Shown here: positions 14,701 to 28,026 of the stretch, one piece after another
Layout: each line of letters starts with the position of its first letter
Position numbering within the stretch: the stretch's first letter is position 1
Source of the DNA: a virus
Virus record (IMG/VR): IMGVR_UViG_3300045988_122545
Coordinates: 1-64,000 of that record
Length of the DNA stretch: 64,000 nt
Reading direction: 5' to 3' (one strand)
Notes under the pieces: generated by a model
Databases searched by the model: none
Told to the model about the DNA's origin: nothing
What the model saw: the letters and a program-made list of their open reading frames with translations, nothing else
Position numbers and translations under genes: made by a program

Positions 14701-16509
14701 ACTATTTACCAGTCCGTCCAATAAATCGTAATTTTCGATATTGTCGTATTTACCTTGACCATATTCTTTACCTACTAAATATTGTTGACCTTCTTCTCTA
14801 CTTTCCAAGTAAGTAGTAACCAATGATTTTTTTGTATAGTTACCAACGTTTTCTATTATACGTCTAGCAGAATTCTTTTTAATCTAATTTTTACTACCTA
14901 GAGTTGCAGCGTTAACTAATTTATTAGTTAACATCTATTTTGCTCTATTATAAAGAGAATGGTTTGATAATTGACCTAATGTTTCATCATTACGATTCAG
15001 AATAGAAGATGCCATTCTATCACCGGCTATAGTAGATTTAGATGCGTTTAATTTACTTATGTCTTTTACGTATCTACCACCATACATATACATACCAGCT
15101 TCTATTAAATCTGACAACATTAATGCATTATTAGTTTGTTCAACTACATCTAAACCTTTTCTAGATTCATCTATAATTTGGTCTATATTAGCATTACCAG
15201 TATTTATACCAGAGCTAAGCATTGCTCCAAACTTTTGCTGGTCGTCCATACTTTCTACGTCAAAACCTAGTGACTCTAAATTATTATCTATATAATTTTG
15301 TATGGAACTATAATCGATGTTTCCTCTTTGTATTTCTTCAATAACTCGTTGCTGATAATTATCAAACATTTCAGATGCGGTTTCTTTTTCTCTACCCATC
15401 TTTGTTAGTCCGTACTGTATACCAAATTCACTAGCACCAAGTAATAGTGGAGCTAACGTTCCACCACTTCCAACAGTTAATGCTGCACCGGCTAATCTAC
15501 TTATTGCTGCATTTGTTACAATTTGCGCAGCCATTGTTTCTAAATTTGCATAGCTTGATCCAAGTTCAGGTATAGCTTTCCACCAACTATTTGGATCTGA
15601 TATACTTATATCGTTATTTTGATATGCCTCTTGTGCTCTAGGATCTATTTTAGTCGGATCAAATAACCAACTACCTTTATTTACAATATTAGTTCTTTCT
15701 ATAACTTTCTATAATTTAGCATTATAACTAGTTTTAGCATCATCTAATGCGTCGGTTACATCTTGATAACGTTTTTGCAGTTTAGATAAATCGTTTAAAT
15801 CTATTTTTCTATTCCACATATTATCGAAATCTTGTTGACTAAGTGCATCTATACGATCAGATGGTCCTCTTTCAATAAGATGTTGGAAATTATTTAATGG
15901 ATTAACATCATCTATTAAACGTCTATTATCCAAATCTACTAAAGTTGAAGCTATACTAGCTCTTCCTGCATTAACGTCATTATTACGTATTGCATCTACC
16001 AAACTAGTTTCATAAAATATATTTTGTAAATAAGGATTAGTTCTAGCCTATTCTTTAACAATTGGTTCTAGCTAGTTTATTTTATTTAGCAGATTATATT
16101 TCAGTGTTTCTATTTCGGTAATCTAATTGTCATTTAATCTTGTTAGATCTTGTGAATTTAATTGTTTGTAATTCATTGCAGCCTATACGTAATCGAAAGC
16201 TGTCTATACCTGCGGAAGCCACGTTGCTTCAGTCTAACTCAAATTGTTTTGAGCTTCACTCAGTCTTACTTGTGCACGATTCTTATTTGCCTATCTCCAA
16301 TTATCTTCTACACTAGGAACATAATCATCATTATTAGATGATTCATTGCTAGTTGAAGATGAAATAGCATTGTCTACATATTGTTTAATTCTATAACCAG
16401 TAGCTGCAGGAATTTCATATTCTCCTGTATTTTCATTATATTTATACTAGTTAATAAGAGATCGCTTACTTTCTTCTAAGTATTGTTTAAATAAAGTATT
16501 GTCGTTCAT
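2785..16509 (-). CDS. Giant (about 4574-codon) TAG-recoded virion protein containing an RNA-polymerase beta-prime-like double-psi beta-barrel catalytic motif. Candidate virion-packaged RNAP / cargo polyprotein.
   Basis: 22 ORF-track pieces from 2785..3036 up to 15709..16002 are all in one frame (coordinate = 1 mod 3) and all are separated by cta (TAG). I read gaps 4564-5091, 6088-6438, 7375-7485, 12499-13680 and 16003-16509 codon by codon and found only TAG, no TAA or TGA. ATG at 16507-16509 lies 12 nt after the TAA (16521) of the upstream gene, and the true stop is TAA 2785-2787. Motifs: YRIPTQG...GSDFDVDKLY (5617-5631) and YHEAWHY (10249-10263). Not every gap was checked. Confidence 0.7.
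5617..5631 (-). other. DFDVD metal-binding loop (DxDxD) of a DPBB RNA polymerase domain
   Basis: The context IGYRIPTQGSSSTFAF...TIVVPDGFTAMTGSDFDVDKLYI parallels the beta-prime pattern R-x-P-T ... NADFDGD. Confidence 0.6.
12600..13400 (-). repeat. Acidic/polar low-complexity linker (D/E/N/T/P/Q-rich) inside the giant ORF, with the highest TAG density seen
   Basis: Direct translation gives, for example, TP(TAG)(TAG)DDSTESRIEDLQNDKVEEQ and A(TAG)E(TAG)TNPVTQDTNSDD. There are 16 in-frame TAG in about 394 codons (12499-13680). Confidence 0.7.
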
Positions 16510-16520
16510 AATTATATAAA

Positions 16521-18413
16521 TTACTGATAATATTCATCATCAAAATCAGCATTTTGCTGTTGTTTTTGTCTAACGTTATACATTTCTCCAGCTTGACTTC
16601 TACTGAGAATTAACTGATCGTGAAAATTATTAAAATCATCAGATCCGGATTGTCCAGTAGTAGGTATACTATTTACAAAATCAGTAGAGTAGTAAACATC
16701 TCCACCTTTATAAGTACGTGTTATAGTACCTTTATTTTTACCTTCTGGATTATCCTCATTAAAATCTTGTTTCTTATTTGTTCTTTCCAATTGTTGAGAT
16801 GTTACTTTATTAAATCCAGCGTTTCTCATCAACTTATCAAGATTATCATAATATTCTTTCAATTTTCTAGGAGACGTTTCATTTGGATCATAAGGATTAC
16901 CATCATTATCTTTTACCATTGGTAATAAATATTCTCTTTTTATAGCCTATTGTGTAGCATTCATATTTCCTGATGCTATCGAAATAGAACCTCTAAGACC
17001 TATTACTTCAGCCGGTATACGATTTCTTTTAATATAATCATTAACATATTTTGTAGGACTGTTTGCCGTATAATTGTTTCCACTCATGCGCAATATTAAA
17101 TCACTAAGTAAATCGTAATCACCAATGTTCGATACTGTAATTCCTAATCCGAAATTGTTATCGTTTTTAAAACTATTAGGCATAGCTTGTAATACCGTTT
17201 TAACCTCTCTATCACCAACATAAGGCATTATTAACGATTCTGCTGCGAAATTAATATTTTTACGTAACTATTTACCTGTAACATATCCATCTTTTGCTCC
17301 ATTAGTAATAATAGTGTTTAAATAATCTTTTAAACCATATTTTCTTGTTATATCTTTATATTGCTTTGCTATTTCCTTCATTTTAGCAGAGTCTTTGTTT
17401 TTCTCAGCAGATCTATACTATTCTTCTAATCGGTTAACCGTTTGTAAATCTTCTGGTTTAAGTATCATATTAAACAACATTCCTTGCATATTTGAATACA
17501 AGTCTCTACCACGTTCTTCTATTTTTTGAGTAAGAGATTTATTAGAATTAGGAGTTTGCTCAGGATGTTCTTGATTATATTTCCACATTTCAAAACCCAA
17601 TCTATCTTGAATGGGTTTAGAATGTATATATTGTCTAGAAGCATCTACTAATGCTCTTGAAAAAGCATTATCTATATCTACGGAAGTAGCATTTGGATTT
17701 ACGCTTAAAACATTATTAGCAATATCTCTAAACCACATTCTGCCTTGAGGTGTACTAATAATATCGTTATATCTACTATTAATTATATCACGAATATCCT
17801 TTTCTGTTACCGCCATCCAATTAGTATAAGATAAATGTTGTCCAGAATTTGGATCAACTCCTCTATAAAAAGTTTCTTCAATATTTTTTACATAAGGATC
17901 GATAATTGACTATAACGATTGATATTGAATAGGAGAGACTTCATCAAATACTTTTCCGCTTTCTAAGGTAGAATATTTATTAAAATCTATAAGATCCCAA
18001 TTTTTATTATATTGCCCTTTTTTAGCTAATTCTTTAGCAGCGTTAATATAGTTGTATGCATTTGTAGCAGAAGCTTTTAATTTATTCAAAGAACTGTAAT
18101 CTACCGAATTTATAGCATTCTATAACTAACGTTTAAAATCAAATGTTTTTAAATTATCTGGATTACTTACAGCAGAATCAATTAGACTTTTTATTTGCGG
18201 ATTCATAGCAATTCTATAGTAATCTTCAACATCTTTTTTAATAGGAGAATCAAAAGATTTCCATTCTTTATTATAATCTGCTATATCTTGTATCGCCTAG
18301 TCAACTCTATCGTTATACTCTTTACCTATTTTATACAATTGTTCAAAAGGTATTGGTACGTATTGACTTACGTACTAACTTTCTACAGGTTTATCAAATC
18401 TATTTACTGCCAT
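16521..18413 (-). CDS. Structural/cargo protein (about 630 aa), TAG-recoded
   Basis: Pieces 16521..16919, 16947..17228 and 17418..17816 are in one frame joined by TAG. ATG 18411-18413 overlaps the TGA (18415) of the upstream gene. Stop is TAA at 16521. Confidence 0.7.
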
Positions 18414-18414
18414 A

Positions 18415-20394
18415 TCATCTAAAATTTCTATATAATTTATTTACGGTATCTTGTGTAGAACCGTAATTGAAAAATTCTTTCATATACTCCAACATCGCTT
18501 GATCTCGATTATTTAAACGATTATCACGGGACATTGATTGCAAAGCTGTACCAAGTTGACTGAGACCAGTATTACGAATGGTTCTAGCCGCTGCTCTATT
18601 TTGAGCATCTTCTTCATATCCTCTATGGAATGCTTCAGTATTATATCTAGCCCAATCGTTATATATACCAATGTTTCTAGCTTTTCTTTCATTTTCAATA
18701 TTATTCTTCTGATTATATGCTTGAGCGATAGCTCTGTTTCTAGCAACTTGTGATTGTACGGCTTGTGCCAAATTAGCACTTCTACCAAACCCACCTGCCT
18801 AATTAGCATTATATCTTGCAATAGCGTTGGTCATATCTATTTCTCGCAATATTGGACTAATATCATAATCTACTGGAGCAAAATGTGGAGAATAAGTGAA
18901 TACTCTTGCTTTTTCAGGATCACTATTATAAATGTTAGCCATTGGTCCTATTAATGCAGCGCCATTAGTTAATATATCAAATAATGATCCATACGATCTA
19001 TCATTACCATTATTAGGATTAGTATTTCTCTTAGGAATATTTATTTTCCCAGGACCAGTATAAATATAATTATTTGTGAAATTATGGTCGCCTATTTTAT
19101 TCTATACACTGTAATTCTATCCACTAATAGGTACTTCAATATTATGTGAAAATGAACTTCTAGAACGTACTGGAGCAGCACTATTTGCTTCATCCGTAAA
19201 AGGAGTAGAAGATATGTCAAAGTAATCATGTACTTGTCCATACAGACCATCCTGAACATTCTTAACTACAGCATCTTCAAATGACATACCTGCTTTTAAA
19301 TTTTTCTAAATTTGTGGTAAACCACTTAATACTTTATAAGCATTATCATAATTATCTTTGTTCTTTAAGAATGTACGTACAGATTCGCCTGCTTGTTTAT
19401 ATGCGTTTTTATCAGCACTTTTGTACCAAGAAGTTGTAGCACGATTTCTGTCATGACGTATATTTGGATTATAATTAGGATTAACTCTAATAAATAATTC
19501 ATTCATTTCATCTCTATCATCGGCACTAGTAACAGGTTCTGGTAATCCTAGTGTACCCGTTGCATATTTACCAACTTTATTCTTTATTCCTCTTTTAGCT
19601 TTTACTTGTTCTTGTAAAGCAAGCAATTCATTATATTTTTTCTAATTATTACGATCATTTAGCATTTGTGTATTCTGCGCATAAATATCGTTTCCTTTTT
19701 TCTTACCTGTTTTCATATACTTTTTACCAGCTTGTGCAAAAGTTTCATTAGTTCCTGGAACTTTTAATTTATCACTTAATACCTAAGTTCCAACAGGAAC
19801 ATTAACTAAATTACTATCTGTAGGCTTTCCTTGTTCAGGAATTTGGCTTATTTCTCCATCTGGAGTTCTCAATAATTCTCCATCATCTAGATATGCAAGA
19901 GTAGTAGGTAATATACCTCCGTAAGCAGCTAAAGAATAATCATTGTCACCATATTCATTAGCCCATTCTTCTTGAGCTGCAGCAGTAGCGTTAGCGTCAG
20001 CAATACCTTGATTTACTCTTCTCCATTGAGCTCTAACTCTATTTCTACTACGTCTGCCTTTAATACCTTTACCTTCGATATATTCACCAGTATCAGTATT
20101 GACAGAATCAGATGTACCAACCATGGCACCTATACCTTTTGTTAACATACCTGCAGCTTTACCAACTACGCTACCAATTGGACCAAAGGCGCTACCTACT
20201 GTTTCTAATCCAGTAGCAATACCACCAGTAATAGCATCAGTTTTAGCATTACCACTAGAAGGAATTAATCCTGTACCTAAATCTAATCCTGCACCTACTG
20301 CATTTCCTAATTTATTTAATTGACCAGTAGCTTTATCAATTAATCCTCCTAAAAAATATGAATCTATATTTTTATTTTTTCTTATTCTTTTCAT
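18415..20394 (-). CDS. Structural/cargo protein (about 659 aa) with an N-terminal Gly-rich hydrophobic segment, TAG-recoded
   Basis: Pieces 19783..20394, 19306..19626 and 18415..18771 are in one frame. Gap 18772-19305 was read codon by codon (3 TAG, no TAA or TGA). Start is ATG 20392-20394 and stop is TGA 18415. Confidence 0.75.
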
Positions 20395-20534
20395 AACATG
20401 GACTATCTAAATGTTGTTTTTATTAAAGGTATTTCAATTTTTTTATCATCATTACAATCAAAAGTATATTCACACAGCATATATTTACCTCTCATTCTTG
20501 GTGAAAAAGATCTGTTTAATATATCTTGTTCTGA

Positions 20535-23500
20535 CTCATCGGAACTTCCTAAATCCCCTCTATCTTGTCTAGGTATAGGAAAACGATAAGTATCTTCTCT
20601 ACATTCTATATTATTATAATTTATTTCAAAACTGTCCTAAGTTTTAGTGTGACATTTTACAGAAGTAATAACTTGTGGATAAGAATTATTCGGATCTTCT
20701 ATATTACCAGACAACCATTGATTATCAAACACTTTTGTATATTCAGGATTAGGATTAACTGCAAATGTCACTTTAGCAATTAAATCTTCTACATCAGCTT
20801 CTTCACCAAATGAATCATTTTTATAAAAATTAGTACCTCGTATAGTTATTAATCTATCATAAAACCGTAATCCCCAATCAGGAATATGTGAATAAAATGA
20901 TGTAAAACAATCAGATTGTTCATTATATATCAATGAATTACCTTTTGCTTTTAACCATAATTCATTAGTTTTATCATTAAAAACAGAAGTAAGATTTATT
21001 TTACTAGTCTACGCTAATGAATTTAAGAACGTCTGTACCTTTTTCTCTTTTGAGAGTATATGGAATCCATTACTACCGTATGAGCATATAACGTTTTTAT
21101 TAGTATCATACCAATAAATACTTTGTGAACTAGATATAATACTTTTATCATTTACTATACCCGCACCATAATTCTAAACTATTGTATCAAAACGACTTAA
21201 TACTCCTCCGGTACCTAATACTAATTGAGCTCCACTCTAATCACTTATAAGTGATCTATCATCTACAGATAAAACATTAAACGCATTTTGTTGGAAAGCA
21301 TATAAATTATTATTAAATACATTTAAACTAGTAGTAATACCATACTTAGCATCCAAATCCAATGTATTAGCAAACTTAGCTTTAGACCAAGAATCTATTT
21401 CTTCTCCAAATGATTTTTGTTCTGAACAATTTATGCGGTAATAATTGGTTTCGTTTGTAGAAATATTTTCATTCGTAGAACCAGAACTATAATTTACACC
21501 ACCATCAGATACAGAATAAGCTGAATTATATGCATACATCTGATAAGAATAAGTAATACCATTCAACGTAGTAGGATTAGTAAACATAAACCATCTGTTT
21601 TTTGTTTCCCCTTCTATCGCTTCTGGTTCTGTGGAATGTTTTAAATAATAATCATCCCATCTAGCATAGCAATTTATAGTAGATTCTACAGGTAAGTATA
21701 CTTGTAAGTAGCGTCTATACCAGGTTGCTTCTTCCTACCAATCGTTTTTAGAAAACATAGATGCGTGCATATAATTAAATACTGTAAGATATACATCTCC
21801 ACCAAATATTACTTTACCTGTCGCAGCTTCATTTTCTTTTATGTATCCACCACAAGATATATAATTATTCGATGATCTGGATAAATAAGAGTTACCACCG
21901 TAAGGTGTAGCTCTTTTCTTAATATTACATAACAAAGTTACTACTTTTGGATCAGTATCTGTACTTAATGTTTTTGAAAAAGCATTATATAGTATATGAT
22001 CAGCATTAACATCTGCTGATTTCATATTTATTAATTGATTCACACCAGCTATGCCAAAAGAACCAGAAGCAACAATAGTGTTTGTATAATTACCAGCATC
22101 AATTGAATCAATATAACCGTCTTTAAAAGCTTGTATACCACTATTATTTTGATTTGGTAAATCAGTTCTTGCTGTTTTAGTATTACCTATATCTGCAATA
22201 AAATTATTAGACTGCTATGTTTTAGATACTCCTTTGTTACTCTTAAATAAATTATTTGCTGATTCGTGTAAGAAATATTTCATTACACCACCTATGATAC
22301 CAGTATTGTTATGGCTGCCTATTACCAGTATAGGTTTATCTTCAGTATTTATAGTACCCATGGTCGATAAACCAGCAATAACATCAGATACTTCACTATA
22401 ATATGACATATCCTAAGTCATGAATCTACGTAAACTTCCAGAATTAAAATCTGATGTTAACTGATAAACTGGACATATATAACAGCTTTTATCAATTACT
22501 TCAGATTTATGGTTCGTGCATATTTCAGGAGACGCAAATATTTTTAAATTTCTATTTACATTCCATCCATCTTTACCATGAAATATTACTGCGGTTATCT
22601 TATGTTCTCTACTAACTTGAGGATATTCTCTCATCGTCGGTATATAAGGAGATCTAATGTCATTGGTACCGTTTGATATATCTGCATTAACATCACTATT
22701 ATCAAAATCAACGTTTCTAAAATGTACTGTATTATTTAACATACCCTGCGCAACCACAGTTCTATCTGAATAAGTTCTATCACATCTTACTATTTCAGCA
22801 GCAACGGCTTCATCAGGAAAGTTTTTAATAGTGAATTTTACACCAAATGGTCTAGCTATCAATTCATATTTAGAATTAACATTAGTTATATCATTTGCAA
22901 ATGCAGCGCAACCATCAGTATCACCAGATGGAAATCGTATATCACATATCCAATGTACTGGGGTAGTAACATTATTTTTATTATAAAAAACAATACCAAA
23001 TCTATATACTTCATCACGTTGATATGATTGAAATTTAGCTGCGATGTATGGATTAGCATAGCTTAATAACTAATCACCATTTAACGATATAGATGTTACA
23101 CCTACGTTTGTTTTTAATTTTTTTATCGATATTGAAGACCCTGTAACGTTAGCTGCTCCATTATACGAATCGTATAATTTACCATCAGCAGTATAAGAGT
23201 CTGTGATATGTGGTGATTCATATATTTCCCCATATACAATTTCAAAATCAATGTTTGTACCACTACCTCCATAAGTAATACCATCTTGTTGAAAAGCATA
23301 TTCATTATCTTCTCCGGAAGGATATACATCTAATACGTTCATAGGATTTATAGCGTCATCATCATATGGAATACTATCTATCTAACTAAATGAATAAGTT
23401 GTTCCATTACCATTAGAATCCTATAATAAACACTATTGATTTTTATTAAATCTGAAACTTCTAGTATCCCAATCTTTAGGTATATCCCAATCAGATGATT

Positions 23501-24521
23501 CTATATTTGCAAAGAACAGTCTGTTTTTAAAAGAAGTCATTATCTATGCTTTAAATATATACGGTATGATATCATTGAATTCTTCTTGAGTAACAGTAGT
23601 TAAGCTTTGCATTAAAGCATCTGTTATAGTATAATTTAAATTACCTTTTGATATTCTATCTTGTAGTATTATAGAAATCTCTGGTTCATTTAAATTATCT
23701 TTCCAAAACACTCGATATATTTTTATCTTATCAAACTACGTATTATCAGCGATAAATCTTAATACTATACCATTTGATGTACTATAATCATCAGAGTATC
23801 CTTCTGCTTCAGCTGAATTGTATATATTATATTTGTAATTGTATATTATTTCAGAACCGGCAGATAATGCAGATTCTATACCAGTATCGTTATACAGTTT
23901 ATAAAAATACTAATATGCACCAGATTTTAGATTACCAGAAGTAAACGACTCTAAAGACAACGGCATCAATGTTGCTAAAGCATTACTATCGAAATATGAT
24001 GGATTTTGGATTGGTTCTTTATCACCCCATTCTTCTTTGTAATCTGCAAGATTTATTATTTTTAAACCAGAACTAGAATCGTTTACATATAACTTATATA
24101 CACTTTTTGTTTCATAATTGTATATCATACTAATATTCATATCCGCTGTTATATGCCATAATATCTTCATTACGCATCTACAAGATAATTGTGATTTATC
24201 AAAATCACTTACCAAATATATACTATTAATAGCATTACTATACTTATCCTAAGTAAGTAATATAGCAGTATTCTACAGAGTTTCATCATGATAAGGATAT
24301 TGAACAGCAATAGCATTTAAAATCTTTTGTGTTTTTAAAGCATCTATTTTTTCGTATTTCTTAATATAATCTATGTTTTGTAAAACACCGTTTGTACCAT
24401 TAGTATTAGTAACCAATCTAATATTTTGAGCATATCGATACGTATTATTTGCAGCATAAGATACATCTGTATCCATATCCATACCGCCTTCAAATGTATT
24501 TTTGTGTGAATTTATTTCCAT
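20535..24521 (-). CDS. Large tail/virion structural protein (about 1328 aa), TAG-recoded
   Basis: Eight ORF-track pieces (20637..20933 through 24273..24521) are in one frame and every boundary is cta. Gap 20934-21236 was checked. Reading continues through TAG at 20637, 20568 and 20559 to TGA 20535. Start is ATG 24519-24521. Confidence 0.65.
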
Positions 24522-25417
24522 ATCGAATTCTAATTTTTAATTACCTAACTATCTCCAGTAGTGCTTAAGAAAGTATCATAACTATCTATCTCCGGAACAA
24601 TAGTATGCCATGTTTTACTAATGTTTATTAAATCATTTTGGTCAGGCATCATTGCTTCAGCATATGCTTGTTTACGATAGAAATTCCATGAATTCTTTGC
24701 ATCGTAATATAATCCTTGAGATTTTCTACCAGTAAAATATTCTATGTATAATAATTTCATAGCTACATACCAATACAATGCTTCAAAGTATGATGGTTCA
24801 TCAGGTATCATAGGCATACCTTCATCATCAGTATATATACCATAATATGATATCTTTACATAACCATTTCGTACATTACTCATTAGATATCCTGGTTTAA
24901 TAATATACTATGGTGTTACACTGAAATTAGTTGTATTACTATCTGTAATATTACAAGTTGTATTTGTATTTAATAAAGCACTTAATGTACAACGTAAGTT
25001 ATCTTCTTTATTTAAAATCTCTAAAGCCTCAGCGTCAGTATTAATATTAAACATACTTTTTACCAAAGGAAATAATACTGTATCCTAAAATAGCATCTTA
25101 CATTCTTCACAATTGTCTATTTTATCGTGAACAGTAAAGAATCCTGTTGATTTTTTCATAGGTATCCAACCGTTACAATTGCAATTAGAGTAAGCTATAA
25201 AATCTATCTTTTCTAAATCACAAGGTAATGCTACCTAATAATCTTTTATTTTTAATATTTGTACTTTGTGATCTAATTGAGTAACAGCACCTATCTTTTG
25301 CATAGCTTCACCTATCCATTGTGATATATCGGTTATCTTTATATCATTTTCATCTAAATCTAAGTCTGCTATTACTTTTGCAATTACAGCCTTAGAGGAA
25401 ACAAATCTATTTATCAT
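24512..25417 (-). CDS. Structural protein (about 301 aa), TAG-recoded
   Basis: Pieces 25235..25417 and 24545..24883 are in one frame. Start is ATG 25415-25417. Reading passes TAG 24545 and 24530 to TAA 24512, overlapping the next start by 10 nt. Confidence 0.65.
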
Positions 25418-25419
25418 AA

Positions 25420-25890
25420 TTAATATTTTTCTTCGTAATCTGTAATCTTATTTTTAATTATAGTAGCTAATCTTCTTTTATTTGCTCTAGTTAGTACCAA
25501 CTAATGTTTTGTTTTATTTGGAACCAGCATATCCTACTTATTATAGTACATTCTATATTTGTAGAAATCACTATGTTCGTTTGTAAAAAATATTAATTTG
25601 TTATACTATTTTGTTGACTAATAATCTATTCTAAGACTACGTTTATCATAATACTTTGGTTTATTTTTAATAATCTATACAGAACCCATTCTGTATGGTA
25701 ATCTTACACATTTACCGCGTTCAATCAATTCATCTCTAAGATACTAAAAATAATCAGTTATTATCTTTCGATATAAAGAATAAGATATATCATATATAGT
25801 ATCCTATTCTATATCGTCTAAGTATGAATTGTAGAAAGCTGAAATAGTATAAGATTTTGTTTTATCAGCATTCTTTACTTTCTAATTCAT
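25420..25890 (-). CDS. Hypothetical protein (156 aa) containing 9 in-frame TAG. It is invisible in the standard-code ORF track.
   Basis: Read codon by codon from ATG 25888-25890 to TAA 25420-25422, with TAG the only internal stop. It fills an otherwise ORF-free gap. Confidence 0.6.
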
Positions 25891-26528
25891 TGTTTAGCGT
25901 TTATATTTTGATTATCATCATTACTATCATTTGTAGTATCTGAAGGAGATGTTCTCATTACATTCAAATCTCTATCAAATATTAATTGTTTTATTGTAGA
26001 CCACATTGCTGCAGGTATCGGATATTGATCTGTATCAGGATTGTAGCATTCTTCTAATTCAGTAGGATCTTCTGCTATTACTTGAACTTGTATTTTCTCT
26101 ATTAAATTTGGTCCTCCTTGTACATAAACATAATCATCTTTTATATATGCAATATAATGACTACATGTAAATTTACGATACCTCTAATATTTCATTTTAG
26201 TTTCACTACCAATCTGAATAAGATTCCCAAACACATCTTTAATGGATACTACTCCGGTACTATAATTAAAATCAATAAGAGCTGGTAACTTTTTATCACT
26301 TTTATAAACGCAGTTACCGTTCTCATTGATTTTATTAATATCCATTTCAATATACTAAGTATATAATGGATTTATAGTTCTGCCTTTATCTATATCCTAT
26401 TTAATAAGCATGGCTCTATAAGTGTTAATCCATAGAGCGATCTACAATCGGCTTAATTTTTCAGATTCCCCAATCTGATTATTTCTAGCTTCTAATAATA
26501 TATCATCTATACATTCATTCAGTGTCAT
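25887..26528 (-). CDS. Hypothetical structural protein (about 213 aa), TAG-recoded
   Basis: ATG 26526-26528 is in phase with TGA 25887-25889, which overlaps the next ATG (ATGA). It is the first gene after an intergenic region and terminator. The interior was translated by eye only. Confidence 0.5.
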
Positions 26529-26643
26529 ATCATTTGTGTGTTAATTTTAAATATAAACGTATTTTATAGTATTTCGTAACATTATAATATAATCGTAATA
26601 CACTAGAACAAATTATCAATAGCGTTTTATAATTGAACAGACA

Positions 26644-26676
26644 TAAAAAAAAGGATTAGCTTAGCTAACCCTTATT
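26644..26676 (-). terminator. Intrinsic terminator (hairpin plus T8 on the minus strand)
   Basis: Minus strand reads AAGGGTTAGC-TAA-GCTAATCCTT followed by TTTTTTTT, downstream of the gene ending at 26694. Confidence 0.7.
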
Positions 26677-26693
26677 AAATCAGTTTGAACTGA

Positions 26694-27116
26694 TTCATCT
26701 TTTATTATTTTATGTTCATCTTTTAGTTGATTAAGTATTGCTTTGCATTTATCCATCTCTTCTCTATATTTCTATATGGATTCAATCTTAGCCTGACATT
26801 CTTTATATTGCGTATCAACTAATGATATTAACTGTTGTTTATCAGTAGAAATAGTAAGACCAATAGTAGAATCAGTTATAATTGTTTTATCAGCACCAAC
26901 ACTTATCTTCTTCTATATACCTTCACAACTTATATTCACATCAACTAATTTCTTCTTTAGCATCTAGGATAAATACTAATTGTTCATAGTATTATCATCA
27001 TATGGAGCAGATACACTAATAACCTAACCTACGTTATAGGTTGTGGTCTTTCGGAATGTTCCAGTATTTTCAAGTATATAGACAGAATCTCCAATTTTTA
27101 AATCTTTAAATTCCAT
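26694..27116 (-). CDS. Hypothetical protein (140 aa), 5 in-frame TAG
   Basis: Read codon by codon from ATG 27114-27116 to TGA 26694-26696. Confidence 0.65.
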
Positions 27117-27135
27117 AATCATCATTATTAAAAAT

Positions 27136-27160
27136 AAAGGGGGCTTAACCCCCTTTTTTA
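27136..27160 (-). terminator. Intrinsic terminator (GGGGG/CCCCC hairpin plus T-run)
   Basis: The sequence aaagggggcttaacccccttttttat lies directly downstream of the TGA at 27168. Confidence 0.7.
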
Positions 27161-27167
27161 TATATTA

Positions 27168-27998
27168 TCAGGCAGCTGCACCACCTGTAGTCGTTGTAGT
27201 CTTCAATTGAGATATCAGATATTCATTTTGAGCTTTCTGTGATAATTCAAGACGTGCGTCATTATATTTCTGCTATAATTCAGCATTCCAATGACTATTC
27301 AAAGTATCTATAATTCTCTGAGTGTTATTGTTACTAGCATTCAGTAAATCACAAGTTTGCTGTGCATTAGCATAACCAACCTGAGAGAAACCAGTAGACA
27401 GTGCATAATTCAAACCACTAAATCCTCTTGTCATTTCATTAGTAAGAGTATTAGTTTGGTTACACGTAGCTAACTGCTGTTCATAACCCATCTTTAAAAT
27501 AGATTGCTGAGTATTGCAGCAACAGTCTTTTACAGCAGTAATAATACCACAATCACCAGTATTGATAGCATTAATAACTCTTTCAGCACTGAATCCAGTT
27601 TGAGCAGCTACATTCTATATGGCAGACTGAACATTGCATATAGCAGCATTTAAAGTATTAAAATCACAGTTAAGATTAGCTGCTAAAGTACTAACAGCGG
27701 AAGCATTACCTTTAATGCCATCCATAATCAAATTAGAATTCTGGTTATCTGACATTTGTGATGCCAATGCAGCGATTTGTGCATTCTCTGCACAATTTCC
27801 ATTATTTCCAAACCCAAATCCTCTTCCAAACAATGCTAAGAAGATAAGATATATAAACGGATTATTCATCCATTGGTTCATACCCATTCCACCATTCATC
27901 ATTGCCATAGCAGTAAGTGGGCTGTTCATGTTATTACTAAGTAATGCTGCGGTACCAGTATCAATACCACGGTCGATATAAATTCTATCGTCTATCAT
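27168..27998 (-). CDS. Membrane-associated protein (276 aa). One hydrophobic segment (NPFIYLIFLALFG), then a Gly-rich stretch, then a Cys/Asn/Gln-rich C-terminal part.
   Basis: Pieces 27615..27998 and 27273..27491 are in one frame joined by TAG. The tail was read through TAG 27273 to TGA 27168. Confidence 0.7.
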
Positions 27999-28026
27999 AA
28001 TTATTATTGATTAATTTATTTATTGA

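Noticed and set aside
18513-18821. Minus-strand alternative-frame ORFs overlapping better genes (18513..18821, 23123..23329, 62684..62878)
   Set aside because: They are fully nested in, and out of frame with, ORFs that belong to long in-phase TAG-stitched genes or the GroES-like gene. Their composition looks like an off-frame translation.
26529-26643. Promoter calls (Bacteroidota-type TTTG / TAnnTTTG) in the intergenic regions 26529-26643, 55807-55876 and 55965-56090
   Set aside because: Only partial matches (e.g. TACGTTTA) were found. In DNA this AT-rich such near-matches are expected by chance, so no promoter is asserted.
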